This document shows, one piece after another, positions 8,505-21,504 of a DNA stretch of 24,000 nt. This DNA comes from Fusobacterium sp. (lineage in GTDB: Bacteria > Fusobacteriota > Fusobacteriia > Fusobacteriales > Fusobacteriaceae), in contig NZ_JBKGVC010000021.1 in assembly GCF_046462455.1 (NCBI RefSeq), positions 9,966 through 33,965 of the forward strand, read 5' to 3'. The notes under the pieces are model-generated. The model did not search any database. It was not told where the DNA came from and worked only from the letters and a program-made list of their open reading frames with translations. Position 1 is the stretch's first letter; each line of letters begins with the position of its first letter. A program made the position numbers and the translations under genes.

Positions 8505-8957
8505 TTATTTATTTAAGAAATAGTTGTCCTCAATTGTAACTTTCAAGATAACTTTCTTAAGATTTTCTGCTCCCTTGAATCTGAAAGCCTCATCATTTTC
8601 AATTATAATTATATTCCCGGCTTTCATATCTAAAATCTCTCCATTTCCAGTGAAGTATTCACTATCATTTTCATCGCAGTAGTCTTTTGTTACAGTCAAA
8701 TCTTTCTTCTTAGCTATCTCCAGTTTTTCTTTCCCCTCTACATAATAGTGAATATCCATATATCTTCTGTGCCCCTGCATATCCACTTCATCTTTATGAT
8801 CCTCTGTTTTATACATATAAATTAAAGAGTCTCCAATACTGTGGTATCTGTTTTCTTTTATATTACCTATATTTTCAATAGCCTCTTTGCATCTGATCCA
8901 TTTTTTCCCAGTTCTAAATATATCTTTAAACTCTTCAAAACTATTTAAAATTACCAT
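8505..8957 (-). CDS. ebgC: EbgC-like protein (YhcH/YjgK/YiaL family; beta-galactosidase beta subunit)
   Basis: 150 aa. GKKWIRCKEAIENIGNI...HRRYMDIHYYVEG...KKVILKVTIEDNYFLNK closely parallels E. coli EbgC as I recall it (GKKWQRC.EAIENI...VLKVTIEDGYFHNK). It lies 10 nt after ebgA. Confidence 0.85.
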   Translation of the reverse strand: MVILNSFEEFKDIFRTGKKWIRCKEAIENIGNIKENRYHSIGDSLIYMYKTEDHKDEVDMQGHRRYMDIHYYVEGKEKLEIAKKKDLTVTKDYCDENDSEYFTGNGEILDMKAGNIIIIENDEAFRFKGAENLKKVILKVTIEDNYFLNK

Positions 8958-8967
8958 CTGTTCCTCC

Positions 8968-12018
<3,051 letters not shown>

Positions 12019-12072
12019 CTATACACAACCTCCTATTTATATACTTACGAAGTTTTTTTATTGCATGGCTTA

Positions 12073-12101
12073 AGTATACATTTTTCAATTAATTTTGTCA
12101 A
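12073..12101 (-). promoter_or_regulatory. Sigma70-like promoter for the ebgA operon
   Basis: Minus strand TTGACA (12096-12101), 17-nt spacer, TATACT (12073-12078). Confidence 0.4.
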
Positions 12102-12105
12102 TTGT

Positions 12106-12138
12106 TTTAGTAAAATATTTACTAAAATATTTACTAAA
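12106..12138. promoter_or_regulatory. 21-bp perfect palindrome plus a tandem repeat of its right arm (candidate operator)
   Basis: TTTAGTAAA-ATA-TTTACTAAA-ATA-TTTACTAAA. The first two arms are exact reverse complements, and the 12-mer ATATTTACTAAA is duplicated. It lies immediately upstream of the ebgA -35 in the divergent regulatory region. Confidence 0.4.
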
Positions 12139-12165
12139 CAATATTCAGGTACAGTATTTTAATTA

Positions 12166-12193
12166 TTGCAACAATAAAAAAATATGCTATTAT
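12166..12193 (+). promoter_or_regulatory. Promoter (extended -10) for the LacI-family regulator
   Basis: TTGCAA (12166-12171), 16-nt spacer ending in TGc, TATTAT (12188-12193). The -35 is embedded in the inverted repeat TTATTG-CAA-CAATAA (12163-12177). Confidence 0.35.
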
Positions 12194-12225
12194 ATAGGTA
12201 GAACATGATTATTATGGGAGGTCTC

Positions 12226-13197
12226 ATGGCAACTTTAAAAGAAATCTCAAAACTGACAGGACTATCTTCTGCTACTGTTTCAAGAATATTGAACAATGAC
12301 TCTACTCTGTCAGTTAAAGATTCAACTAAAAAAAAGGTCTTGGAAGTAGCGGAAAAAATAGGATATAAGCTTCCTTCCAAGGGGAATTTTCACGAGCAGA
12401 TGAACTTTCTGGCAATCTTTAATTACAGTGAAGAACTGGAGTTTAACGATCCATACTACCTGTCTATACGGTTTGCTATGGAGGAAGAGTGTAAAAATCT
12501 GGATATCAGCATTGATAAAGTCTACAATATGGAGCTTTCCACTATTGATAAAAAATATGACGGAATCTTATGCACTGGACAGTTCAATGAAGAACACATA
12601 AAGAAAATTTTAAAAATATCAAAAAATATTATTTTTATAGATTCTCACAACAACAGAGATTTTGACTCTATCACTCCTGACCTCAAAGAGATATCAGAGT
12701 GTATTGTTGACTTTTTTATTGAACATGGGTATGAAAAAATAGGATATATTGGCGGACGGGATTTTGAAGATATCTTAGATGAAAGAGAGGAAGCATTTTT
12801 AAAATACTCTCTTTTGAAAAAAGTTGCTGATGAAGATAACTTCTATGTGGGAGATTTTACCAGCAGTTCTGGATATGATCTTGCTAATGCAATGATAGAA
12901 AACAGAAAACTTCCAGATGCTCTTTTTATTGCAAATGATTCAATAGCTATAGGTGTACTGAAAGCTTTAAATGAAAATAGTATAAAAATTCCTGAGGATA
13001 TTGCAATTATCAGTATAAATGATATTCCTGCATCAAGTTTTACTTTTCCTGCTCTTTCAACAATCAGGATTCACTCAGACCTTATGGGAAAACAGGGAGT
13101 AAGAATCTTAAAAGATAAAATAGAAAGCAACAGAACAACTCCTCTTAAAATAACAGTGCCTTTCTCTCTTGTCTTGAGAGAAACAACAAAAAATTAA
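12226..13197 (+). CDS. LacI-family transcriptional regulator (EbgR-like by context)
   Basis: N-terminal HTH MATLKEISKLTGLSSATVSRILNN, followed by a periplasmic-binding-protein-like sugar-binding fold. The track start at 12205 has no SD. The ATG at 12226 follows GGGAGG and fits the usual LacI N-terminus. Confidence 0.85.
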   Translation: MATLKEISKLTGLSSATVSRILNNDSTLSVKDSTKKKVLEVAEKIGYKLPSKGNFHEQMNFLAIFNYSEELEFNDPYYLSIRFAMEEECKNLDISIDKVYNMELSTIDKKYDGILCTGQFNEEHIKKILKISKNIIFIDSHNNRDFDSITPDLKEISECIVDFFIEHGYEKIGYIGGRDFEDILDEREEAFLKYSLLKKVADEDNFYVGDFTSSSGYDLANAMIENRKLPDALFIANDSIAIGVLKALNENSIKIPEDIAIISINDIPASSFTFPALSTIRIHSDLMGKQGVRILKDKIESNRTTPLKITVPFSLVLRETTKN

Positions 13198-13200
13198 TTA

Positions 13201-13227
13201 AAAAAGCTCCCTTTTTAAGGGAGCTTT
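13201..13227. terminator. Bidirectional intrinsic terminator between convergent genes
   Basis: AAAGCTCCC-tttttaa-GGGAGCTTT, flanked by an A-run upstream and T's downstream. It lies between the stops at 13197 (+) and 13241 (-). Confidence 0.75.
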
Positions 13228-13240
13228 AATACTCTTTAAA

Positions 13241-14401
13241 CTATTTTTTTAATACTTTTCCGATACTGTTTAAGAACTTTTCTATATTAAATCTTGATGT
13301 TGCAAGGTTAACTCTTATAAATCCTTTTCCTGTTTTACCAAAATGTTCACCCATATAAACATTCACTCCAGCTTCATCAAGGAAAAGTTTTTGCAGTTTT
13401 TCATCTGAAAGCCCTGTTTTTTCAAAATTTATCCACACAAGATAGGTTCCTTCTGAATCTATCACTTCAAGTTCTGGTATAAACTCCTTCAAAAACTTTT
13501 TAAGAATATTTTTATTATTTTCTATATATTCTAAGACATCATCAACCCAGTATCCACATTTACCATATGCAATATCTGTAATCCCAGCTGCAAATATATT
13601 GGGATTGTGATATACAGCTACATCAAATATCTTTTTCACTTTATTTCTCAATTCCTCTCCTGGAATTATTACATTTGAAGTTATTACCCCAGGAAGATTA
13701 AATGTTTTTGTTATAGAGCTGCAAAGTATACTTATATTTTCAGCTCCCTTTACACTTCCAATAGGAATGTGTTTATTTGGTTTGAAAACAAGATCACAGT
13801 GAATTTCATCTGCAATTATTATAAGGTTGTGTTTAAAACAGAAATCCACCACTTCTTGAAGTTCTTCCCTTGTAAACACTCTTCCTGTTGGATTATGAGG
13901 ATTACACAAAATAAAGATTTTTGTCTTTTCGTCTATCTGTTTTTCAAGAGAGGTTAAATCCATCCTGTATTTTCCATCTTTCAGTACAAGAGGATTTTCT
14001 ATAAGCTTTCTCTCATTTTTCACAATAGCTTCTTCCAATGTCGGATAAGCAGGTGTCTGTAATATTATTCCGTCACCTTTCTGTGTGAGATTCTGCACTA
14101 TCATACTAACTCCGCCACCTACTCTTGGTGAGTATAGTATCCATTCTTTTTTTATCTCCCAGTTATGTCTTTTTTTATACCAGTCTGCAATTGATGTATA
14201 ATAACTTTGAGGAAACATTGTATATCCAAATACTCCGTGCTCTACTATATCACGCATTTTAGATATTATCTCTTCAGGTGATCTGAAATCCATATCTGCT
14301 ACTGACAGCTGTAAAACATCTTTTCCGCATTTTTCTCTGCATTCGTCCCACTTACAGCTGTTGGTTCCATATCTATCTATAATTTCATCAAATTTTTCCA
14401 T
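13241..14401 (-). CDS. MalY/PatB-family PLP-dependent C-S lyase (cystathionine beta-lyase / cysteine desulfhydrase type aminotransferase fold)
   Basis: 386 aa. RYGTNSCKWD opening, NPHNPTG motif, and PLP-lysine motif SSITKTFNLPG. Confidence 0.85.
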   Translation of the reverse strand: MEKFDEIIDRYGTNSCKWDECREKCGKDVLQLSVADMDFRSPEEIISKMRDIVEHGVFGYTMFPQSYYTSIADWYKKRHNWEIKKEWILYSPRVGGGVSMIVQNLTQKGDGIILQTPAYPTLEEAIVKNERKLIENPLVLKDGKYRMDLTSLEKQIDEKTKIFILCNPHNPTGRVFTREELQEVVDFCFKHNLIIIADEIHCDLVFKPNKHIPIGSVKGAENISILCSSITKTFNLPGVITSNVIIPGEELRNKVKKIFDVAVYHNPNIFAAGITDIAYGKCGYWVDDVLEYIENNKNILKKFLKEFIPELEVIDSEGTYLVWINFEKTGLSDEKLQKLFLDEAGVNVYMGEHFGKTGKGFIRVNLATSRFNIEKFLNSIGKVLKK

Positions 14402-14413
14402 CTCTTACCTCTT

Positions 14414-15859
14414 TTATAAATTTTTTTGCTCCTTTAAATAATCTAAATAAATAGGATCATTGTCATCAAGTTTTGCAATAAATTTTCCTGTATATCCCCA
14501 TATAAGTGCAAAAATCCAACCTGAATAACACAGTATTGCCCAAGGCAGATATTCAAGTGTCGGTACACCTAAAGTTGTTGCCATATATACTCCAGCAGCA
14601 GTCCACGGAACAAGAGGTTCTATTACTGTAGCTCCATCTTCCAAAGATCTAGAAAGATTCTTAGGATGAAGTTTTCTTGAAATATAGCTGTTTTTAAGCA
14701 TTTCTCCAGGTATAAGAATTGATAACTGTCCATTAGAAGTAACACATACAGCTGTAAAACATGAGATCAAAGTTACTAAAATCAGACTTCCAGTTGATTT
14801 TACACTTCTCATAAGTCTTTCAAGTACAATATCAAGAGAACCGTTTACAGCTATTATTCCTGCAAATCCATAAGCACAGAATGCTATTAAAACTGTTCCA
14901 AGCATTGAGTTCATTCCACCTCTGTTAAGTAAACGTGGAATATCAGAGATTATATTTGCTGTATCTATATTTGACATCATAGAGATATTAAATCCGCTTA
15001 TTGTTGATTCAAAAGCCTGTTGAAGTGTAAATCCTTGGAATACTATTGAGTTGACAAGTGCTATACAGCTTGAAAAAAGCATTACTGGAATAGTAGGTTT
15101 TTTCTTTATTGATCCATATAAAACAATAATCGGAGGAAGAATAACCAACAGGTTCCATTTAAACATATGATCTAAAGTTGAAAGTATTATTTCCACTTTT
15201 TCAGGTGTAGCAATATCTGCTGTAGGCATTTTAAATCCTGCTATTACATAAACTATTGAAGCCAGTATAAATGCCGGTCCTGTTGTAAATATCATATGAC
15301 CTATATGTTCATAAAGAGTTGTTCCTGCTGCTATTGGAGCAAGGTTTGTAGTGTCAGACAAAGGTGACATCTTATCTCCGAAATATGCTCCTGAAACAAC
15401 TGCTCCTGCAACTATAGGAAGAGGAATTCCCATTCCTGAAGCAACACCCATAAGTGCAACTCCTATTGTTCCAGCTGATCCCCATGAAGTTCCTGTACAT
15501 ATAGAAACAAATGATGTTACAAAGAATGATGTTATAACTATAAATCTTGGATTGATTATTTTTAATCCGTAATAAACCATCATAGGTATAGTTCCACCGA
15601 TCATCCAGCTTCCTATAAGCACCCCTACAATTATAAGTATCAGTATAGCTGGCATAGTTTTTGATAATTTTCCAACTATTGAATTCATCATATCTTCCCA
15701 TGTATACCCCAGTCTATAAGCTATAATTCCAGCTATTCCAGCAGAAATCAGCATCAAAATCTCAGCTCTAAGACCGTAAACTCCATAACCTATTCCTAAT
15801 AACAATACCATTGATACAATCGGTATAATCGCTTCAATAAAACTTGGTTTTCTCTTCAT
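14414..15859 (-). CDS. NhaC-family transporter (Na+/H+ antiporter superfamily; substrate unknown)
   Basis: 481 aa polytopic membrane protein with the family motif GAYFGDKMSPLSDTTNLAP. SD GGGAGG lies upstream. Confidence 0.85.
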   Translation of the reverse strand: MKRKPSFIEAIIPIVSMVLLLGIGYGVYGLRAEILMLISAGIAGIIAYRLGYTWEDMMNSIVGKLSKTMPAILILIIVGVLIGSWMIGGTIPMMVYYGLKIINPRFIVITSFFVTSFVSICTGTSWGSAGTIGVALMGVASGMGIPLPIVAGAVVSGAYFGDKMSPLSDTTNLAPIAAGTTLYEHIGHMIFTTGPAFILASIVYVIAGFKMPTADIATPEKVEIILSTLDHMFKWNLLVILPPIIVLYGSIKKKPTIPVMLFSSCIALVNSIVFQGFTLQQAFESTISGFNISMMSNIDTANIISDIPRLLNRGGMNSMLGTVLIAFCAYGFAGIIAVNGSLDIVLERLMRSVKSTGSLILVTLISCFTAVCVTSNGQLSILIPGEMLKNSYISRKLHPKNLSRSLEDGATVIEPLVPWTAAGVYMATTLGVPTLEYLPWAILCYSGWIFALIWGYTGKFIAKLDDNDPIYLDYLKEQKNL

Positions 15860-15870
15860 TGTTCCTCCCT

Positions 15871-17325
15871 TTAATTATAAAATTGTTTTAACATTGGATA
15901 AAGCATTTTAAACTTTTTATATTTTCTGTTGTACTCTTCAACCATTTTTCCGTCAGGGAAAAGTCTTTGTGAGGCTTTTATTATTGTACTGCATGCTGTA
16001 TCTATATCACTGTATGCCCCATCTCCTACTGCAGCTATTATTGCGGCTCCAAATGCAGGACCTTCCAGAGAGTTTACAGTCTCTGTTTCAAGACCGAATA
16101 CATTTGCTATTATCTCTCTCCAAAGAGGATTTTTAGCTCCTCCTCCACTGACTCTTATTATCTTTCCTTCTATCTTCATATCTTTAAGAATCTCATATGA
16201 ATCTCTCAGAGCAAAAGCCACTCCTTCAAGTACTGCTCTTGTCATATCCTCTCTTTTGTGATTCATACTCAGACCTATAAATGAACCTCTTACATTCACA
16301 TCGTTATGAGGTGTTCTTTCACCTACCAGATATGGAAGAAAATAAAGATCTTTGGATTCTGATTTTTCAGCCTCCTGTAAAATCATATTGTAGTCTTTTG
16401 TTTTATTTATCTCTTCAACCCACCATTTAAGACATGAAGCAGCAGAGAGAATAACTCCCATCTGATGATATCTGCCACTTGCATGGCAAAATGAATGGAG
16501 CCTTCCATCTCTGTCATGAACATATTTTGAATTGTTGGCAAAGACTACACCAGAGGTTCCCAGAGCAACTGAAAGATAATCATCATTTACTACTCCCACT
16601 CCAACTGCTCCAACTGCCTGATCTCCACCACCGATTACTATTTTTACACTGTTTTTTATTTCCAGTTTATCAGCTATATCTTTTTTCAGGACTCCTATCT
16701 GTTCATAAGATTCATAAATCTGTGGAAGATTTTCTTTTTTTAATCCTGATATCTCTATCATCTCATCTGACCACTGTCTTTTTTCAACATCCAGAAGAAG
16801 AGTTCCAGAAGCATCACTTACATCACTTGCAAATACTCCACTCAGTCTGTAAGCTATATAATCTTTAGGTAACATCACTTTGGATATTTTCTTAAAATTT
16901 TCCGGTTCATTTTCTCTTATCCACAATATTTTAGGAAGTGTGAAACCTGTAAGTGCAATGTTTCCAGTATGTTTCAGTAAAAAATCTTTTCCTACTTTTT
17001 TATTTAAATATATGCACTCTTTTTCAGTTCTCTGATCACACCACAGTATAGCAGGTCTTATTACTCTATCATCTTTGTCAAGCATTACAAGTCCGTGCAT
17101 CTGACCACTGAAACTTACAGCTGATATTTCATCCTCATATCCCTTTACAAGCTCTTTCAATCCGTCTAATACACTGTGAACCCAGTGATCCGGTTCCTGT
17201 TCTATCCATGTTTCTTTTATAAAAGACAGGGGATACTCTCTGCTCACACTTTTTTTCACACAGCCGTTTCTGTCCATCATAAGAAGCTTTACAGATGAAG
17301 TCCCCAAATCTATCCCTATATACAT
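15871..17325 (-). CDS. xylB: Xylulokinase (FGGY family)
   Basis: 484 aa. MYIGIDLGTSSVKLLMMD opening, FGGY motifs (GGGDQAVGAVG, SGGGAKNPLWREI). It starts 8 nt after xylA. Confidence 0.9.
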   Translation of the reverse strand: MYIGIDLGTSSVKLLMMDRNGCVKKSVSREYPLSFIKETWIEQEPDHWVHSVLDGLKELVKGYEDEISAVSFSGQMHGLVMLDKDDRVIRPAILWCDQRTEKECIYLNKKVGKDFLLKHTGNIALTGFTLPKILWIRENEPENFKKISKVMLPKDYIAYRLSGVFASDVSDASGTLLLDVEKRQWSDEMIEISGLKKENLPQIYESYEQIGVLKKDIADKLEIKNSVKIVIGGGDQAVGAVGVGVVNDDYLSVALGTSGVVFANNSKYVHDRDGRLHSFCHASGRYHQMGVILSAASCLKWWVEEINKTKDYNMILQEAEKSESKDLYFLPYLVGERTPHNDVNVRGSFIGLSMNHKREDMTRAVLEGVAFALRDSYEILKDMKIEGKIIRVSGGGAKNPLWREIIANVFGLETETVNSLEGPAFGAAIIAAVGDGAYSDIDTACSTIIKASQRLFPDGKMVEEYNRKYKKFKMLYPMLKQFYN

Positions 17326-17333
17326 ATATCCTC

Positions 17334-18644
17334 CTAAGCAAATATATAGTTATTTAAAATAGTTTCCAGTCTTTCCTGTCTTCCAGATCTGTTTTCTATA
17401 CCGTGAAGTTTTAAAGCATAATCTGACAGCTCTTTAAGCCCTACTTTATTTTCAACTATCTCTTTTCCTATTCCAGTTGTGTAGCTTGCATATCTTTGAG
17501 CTACTACATTTTCAAATACTTTATCTTCTATAAGTTTTGCTGCAACTCTCAGTCCTTTTGCAAATGTATCCATTCCTGCTATATATGCATAGAAAAGATC
17601 ATCTGTGTCTATTGAAGCTCTTCTTACTTTTGAGTCAAAATTCAGACCTCCAGTTTTAAATCCACCATCTTTAAGTATCTCATACATTGCCAAAACTGCA
17701 TCATATATATTTGTAGGAAACTGGTCAGTGTCCCATCCTAATAGCATATCTCCCATATTTGCATCTACACTTCCAAGCATTCCGTTTATTCTTGCCAGAC
17801 GAAGTTCATGTTGGAAAGTATGACCAGCTAAAGTAGCATGGTTTGCTTCAATATTAAGTTTAAAATCTTTATCCAGACCATAAGTTTTTAAAAATCCTAT
17901 CACTGTTGCAGAATCAAAATCATATTGGTGTTTTGTAGGTTCTTTAGGTTTTGGTTCTATATAAAACTGCCCGTCAAATCCTATCTCTTTTGCATACTCT
18001 TTTGACATTTTCAAAAGTCTTGCAAGATTATCCATTTCAAGTTTCATATCTGTGTTCAAAAGAGTTTCGTACCCCTCTCTTCCACCCCAGAATACATAAC
18101 CTGCTCCATTTAATCTTTTTGTAATTTCCAGTGCCTTTTTAACCTGTGCTGCTGACCATGCAAATACATCTGCATTGCATGATGTTGCTGCTCCATGTAC
18201 AAAACGCGGATGACTGAACATATTTGATGTTCCCCACAAAAGTTTTATTCCTGTTCTTTTCATTTCAATCTCTATTACATCAACAATCTCATCCAGATTT
18301 TTTTGATATTCTGCCAGTGTTTCTGCTTCAGGAGCTATATCTCTGTCGTGAAAACAGAAATACTCTATTCCCAGTTTTTCCATAAATTCAAATCCTGCTT
18401 TTACTCTTGCCTTGGCTCTTTCCATCGGAGTTAAACAATCCCACTCTCTTACAATGGTTCCCTCTCCAAACTGGTCATTTCCACCAGCTGTTAAAGTATG
18501 CCAGTATGACATTGCAAATTTCAGATGCTCTTTCATCGGTTTTCCCATTACTATCTCTTCAGGATTGTAATATTTAAATGACAGTTCATTTTTGCTCTCT
18601 TTTCCTTCGTAACTTATTTTTCCTATACCCTTAAAAAATTCCAT
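17334..18644 (-). CDS. xylA: Xylose isomerase (class II)
   Basis: Motifs FCFHDRD, WGGREGY and [18 protein letters not shown]. The track start at 18662 overlaps the SD (ATGAGGAGG). The ATG at 18642-18644 ([14 protein letters not shown]...) lies 9 nt after GAGGAGG and matches the usual XylA N-terminus. Confidence 0.92.
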   Translation of the reverse strand: MEFFKGIGKISYEGKESKNELSFKYYNPEEIVMGKPMKEHLKFAMSYWHTLTAGGNDQFGEGTIVREWDCLTPMERAKARVKAGFEFMEKLGIEYFCFHDRDIAPEAETLAEYQKNLDEIVDVIEIEMKRTGIKLLWGTSNMFSHPRFVHGAATSCNADVFAWSAAQVKKALEITKRLNGAGYVFWGGREGYETLLNTDMKLEMDNLARLLKMSKEYAKEIGFDGQFYIEPKPKEPTKHQYDFDSATVIGFLKTYGLDKDFKLNIEANHATLAGHTFQHELRLARINGMLGSVDANMGDMLLGWDTDQFPTNIYDAVLAMYEILKDGGFKTGGLNFDSKVRRASIDTDDLFYAYIAGMDTFAKGLRVAAKLIEDKVFENVVAQRYASYTTGIGKEIVENKVGLKELSDYALKLHGIENRSGRQERLETILNNYIFA

Positions 18645-18698
18645 ATTATAGAACCTCCTCATTTATAAAATTAAATTGACTTTAATTATCTTATTATA

Positions 18699-18727
18699 TA
18701 TATACTTCTTTTTTTAAAAAATGTCAA
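18699..18727 (-). promoter_or_regulatory. Candidate xylA promoter
   Basis: Minus strand TTGACA (18722-18727), 17-nt spacer, TATATA (18699-18704). AT-rich context, so false positives are likely. Confidence 0.3.
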
Positions 18728-18774
18728 TATTAAAATTGAATTTATTTATTTTAATATGTTTTATTCTAAATTAA

Positions 18775-18800
18775 GACACTAATTAGTGTATTTAGTGTCT
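18775..18800. promoter_or_regulatory. Candidate XylR operator: perfect 14-bp palindrome plus a third half-site
   Basis: ACACTAATTAGTGT (18776-18789) is a perfect palindrome. A third half-site, TTAGTGTCT (18792-18800), is the exact reverse complement of AGACACTAA (18775-18783). It lies in the xylA/xylR divergent region. Confidence 0.45.
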
Positions 18801-18815
18801 ACTATAATAATTAAT

Positions 18816-18844
18816 TTGACTTATATTTTAAAAAATGTTAAATT
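18816..18844 (+). promoter_or_regulatory. Candidate xylR promoter (extended -10)
   Basis: TTGACT (18816-18821), 17-nt spacer ending in TGt, TAAATT (18839-18844). Confidence 0.35.
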
Positions 18845-18849
18845 AAACT

Positions 18850-18876
18850 ATGTACAATGTAAAGTAAACTGTACAT
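18850..18876 (+). promoter_or_regulatory. Inverted repeat at the predicted xylR transcription start
   Basis: ATGTACA (18850-18856) and TGTACAT (18870-18876) are perfect 7-bp arms with a 13-nt spacer. This could be an operator or a 5'-UTR stem-loop. Confidence 0.3.
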
Positions 18877-18904
18877 AAATATATTTTTAAAATGAGGGTG
18901 TAAT

Positions 18905-20056
18905 ATGGGGGATATAATTTATCAGAAAAAGGAAAAAATCAGAAATATAAACAGAGTTTACTGGTTTATCTCTCAAAACAAATTTTTTACTAAAAAAGAA
19001 ATTTCAAACTCACTTAATATCAGTTTTCCTACAGTTACAAAAATAATAAATCTTCTTTTGGAGAAAAGAATTGTCATAGATATAGGTCTTTCAAAAAACA
19101 ATACTAAAAGAAAAGCAACTGTATATGAATATAATCCAAATTCTTTTTACTCTATAGGGATAAAACTGGAACTCAACTCCATAAGTTTCATTCTTATAAA
19201 TCTCAATGGGGATGAGATTAAAAAAACAGTGATTGTGAGGGATTTTTTCAATGAAGAGAATTTTGTTTCTTACATAATAGAGGAGTTGAAAATATTTCTG
19301 AAAAACTTTCCTTATCCAGAAAATATTATTGGAGTGGGAATCTCTTTGTCAGGTATTGTAGACAGTCAGAATAAGATTCTGAAAATAGGTACAAATTTCA
19401 ATCTTTATGAAAAAAGTCTGAAAACAATTGAAAATGCTGTGGGATATCCTATCTATCTTATTAATGAAGCCAACGCAGGTGCTATTGGGGAATTTTTTCT
19501 GAACAGAACTTTTGATGAACAGAACATAGCTTTCATCTCAATAGATTCAGGAATCGGAGCTGGAATAGTAATCGAAGGAAATCTCTATACAGGTCATTCT
19601 TCAAAAGCTGGAGAAATAGGACATTTTACTGTTGAAAACCATGGAAAGAAGTGTAACTGCGGTAATGAAGGGTGCCTTGAAATGTACTGCTCAAACAGAG
19701 CTTTAGTAAAAACATTTGAACAGGAGTTCAATATCAGCAACTTGAGTTTTATTGAGATTTTTTCAAAACATCTTGTAGATACAGAAAAAGGAAGAGAGAT
19801 TTTAAGACAGTATACTGATTATCTTGCCTCTGGTATAAGGGGACTGCTTTTTATGCTAGATCTGGATAAAGTCATTATAGGTGGTCTTATTTCAAATTAT
19901 TGTGATTACATCAAAGAGGATCTGGAAAATAAAGTTTTCAACAATATTTTTCTCAAAGATAAAACTGTTCTTGAATTTTCAAAATACAGTGATTATTCAA
20001 ATCTTATAGGAGCTGCTTTCCTGCCTTTTAACGATCTGTTTATACATCTGTTGTAA
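18905..20056 (+). CDS. xylR: ROK-family transcriptional regulator (XylR-type by context)
   Basis: 383 aa. N-terminal winged-HTH (FTKKEISNSLNISFPTVTKIINLLLEKRIV). ROK core with GIGAGIV and the zinc motif GHFTV...CNCGNEGCLEMYCS. It is divergent from xylAB. Confidence 0.75.
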   Translation: MGDIIYQKKEKIRNINRVYWFISQNKFFTKKEISNSLNISFPTVTKIINLLLEKRIVIDIGLSKNNTKRKATVYEYNPNSFYSIGIKLELNSISFILINLNGDEIKKTVIVRDFFNEENFVSYIIEELKIFLKNFPYPENIIGVGISLSGIVDSQNKILKIGTNFNLYEKSLKTIENAVGYPIYLINEANAGAIGEFFLNRTFDEQNIAFISIDSGIGAGIVIEGNLYTGHSSKAGEIGHFTVENHGKKCNCGNEGCLEMYCSNRALVKTFEQEFNISNLSFIEIFSKHLVDTEKGREILRQYTDYLASGIRGLLFMLDLDKVIIGGLISNYCDYIKEDLENKVFNNIFLKDKTVLEFSKYSDYSNLIGAAFLPFNDLFIHLL

Positions 20057-20075
20057 ATTTAATTAAAATAAAAAT

Positions 20076-20105
20076 AAAAAACTCCCTTTTTTCAAAGGGA
20101 GTTTT
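20076..20105. terminator. Bidirectional intrinsic terminator between xylR and eno
   Basis: AACTCCCTTT-tttc-AAAGGGAGTT, flanked by an A-run upstream and TTTT downstream. Confidence 0.8.
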
Positions 20106-20128
20106 AATATACTCAATTTAATTAATTA

Positions 20129-21433
<1,305 letters not shown>

Positions 21434-21468
21434 TTAAAAAACCTCCTAAGTGTTTTTGATTATTAATA

Positions 21469-21497
21469 ATTATACCATATTTTAAAATATTTTTTAA
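21469..21497 (-). promoter_or_regulatory. Candidate eno promoter (extended -10)
   Basis: Minus strand TTAAAA (21492-21497), 17-nt spacer ending in TGg, TATAAT (21469-21474). No terminator is visible between pyk and eno, so co-transcription with pyk is also possible. Confidence 0.45.
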
Positions 21498-21504
21498 TCT
21501 TTTA

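Noticed and set aside
12043-12053. ACTT-ACG-AAGT as a CG-centred LacI-type operator in the ebgA 5' UTR
   Set aside because: It has only 4-bp arms and an odd centre. It is far weaker than the 21-bp palindrome at 12106-12126. It is noted as an alternative binding site only.
12115-12138. Tandem 12-mer as a CRISPR or minisatellite array
   Set aside because: There are only two copies, no spacers and no cas genes. It is interpreted as part of an operator-like palindrome.
15351-16868. Track ORFs nested in nhaC-like and xylB (15351-15572, 15372-15701, 15929-16261, 16479-16868)
   Set aside because: They are antisense or out of frame within genes carrying clear family signatures. No translation signals.
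17135-17341. 68-aa minus-strand ORF straddling the xylA/xylB junction
   Set aside because: It is out of frame with xylB, whose MYIGIDLGTSS start has a GGAGG SD. There is no independent support.
18721-18774. 17-aa hydrophobic sORF (MSILKLNLFILICFILN) in the xylA/xylR spacer
   Set aside because: It has no SD (preceded by TTTTTTAAAAA). It overlaps the candidate xylA -35, and the AT-rich sequence yields such ORFs by chance.
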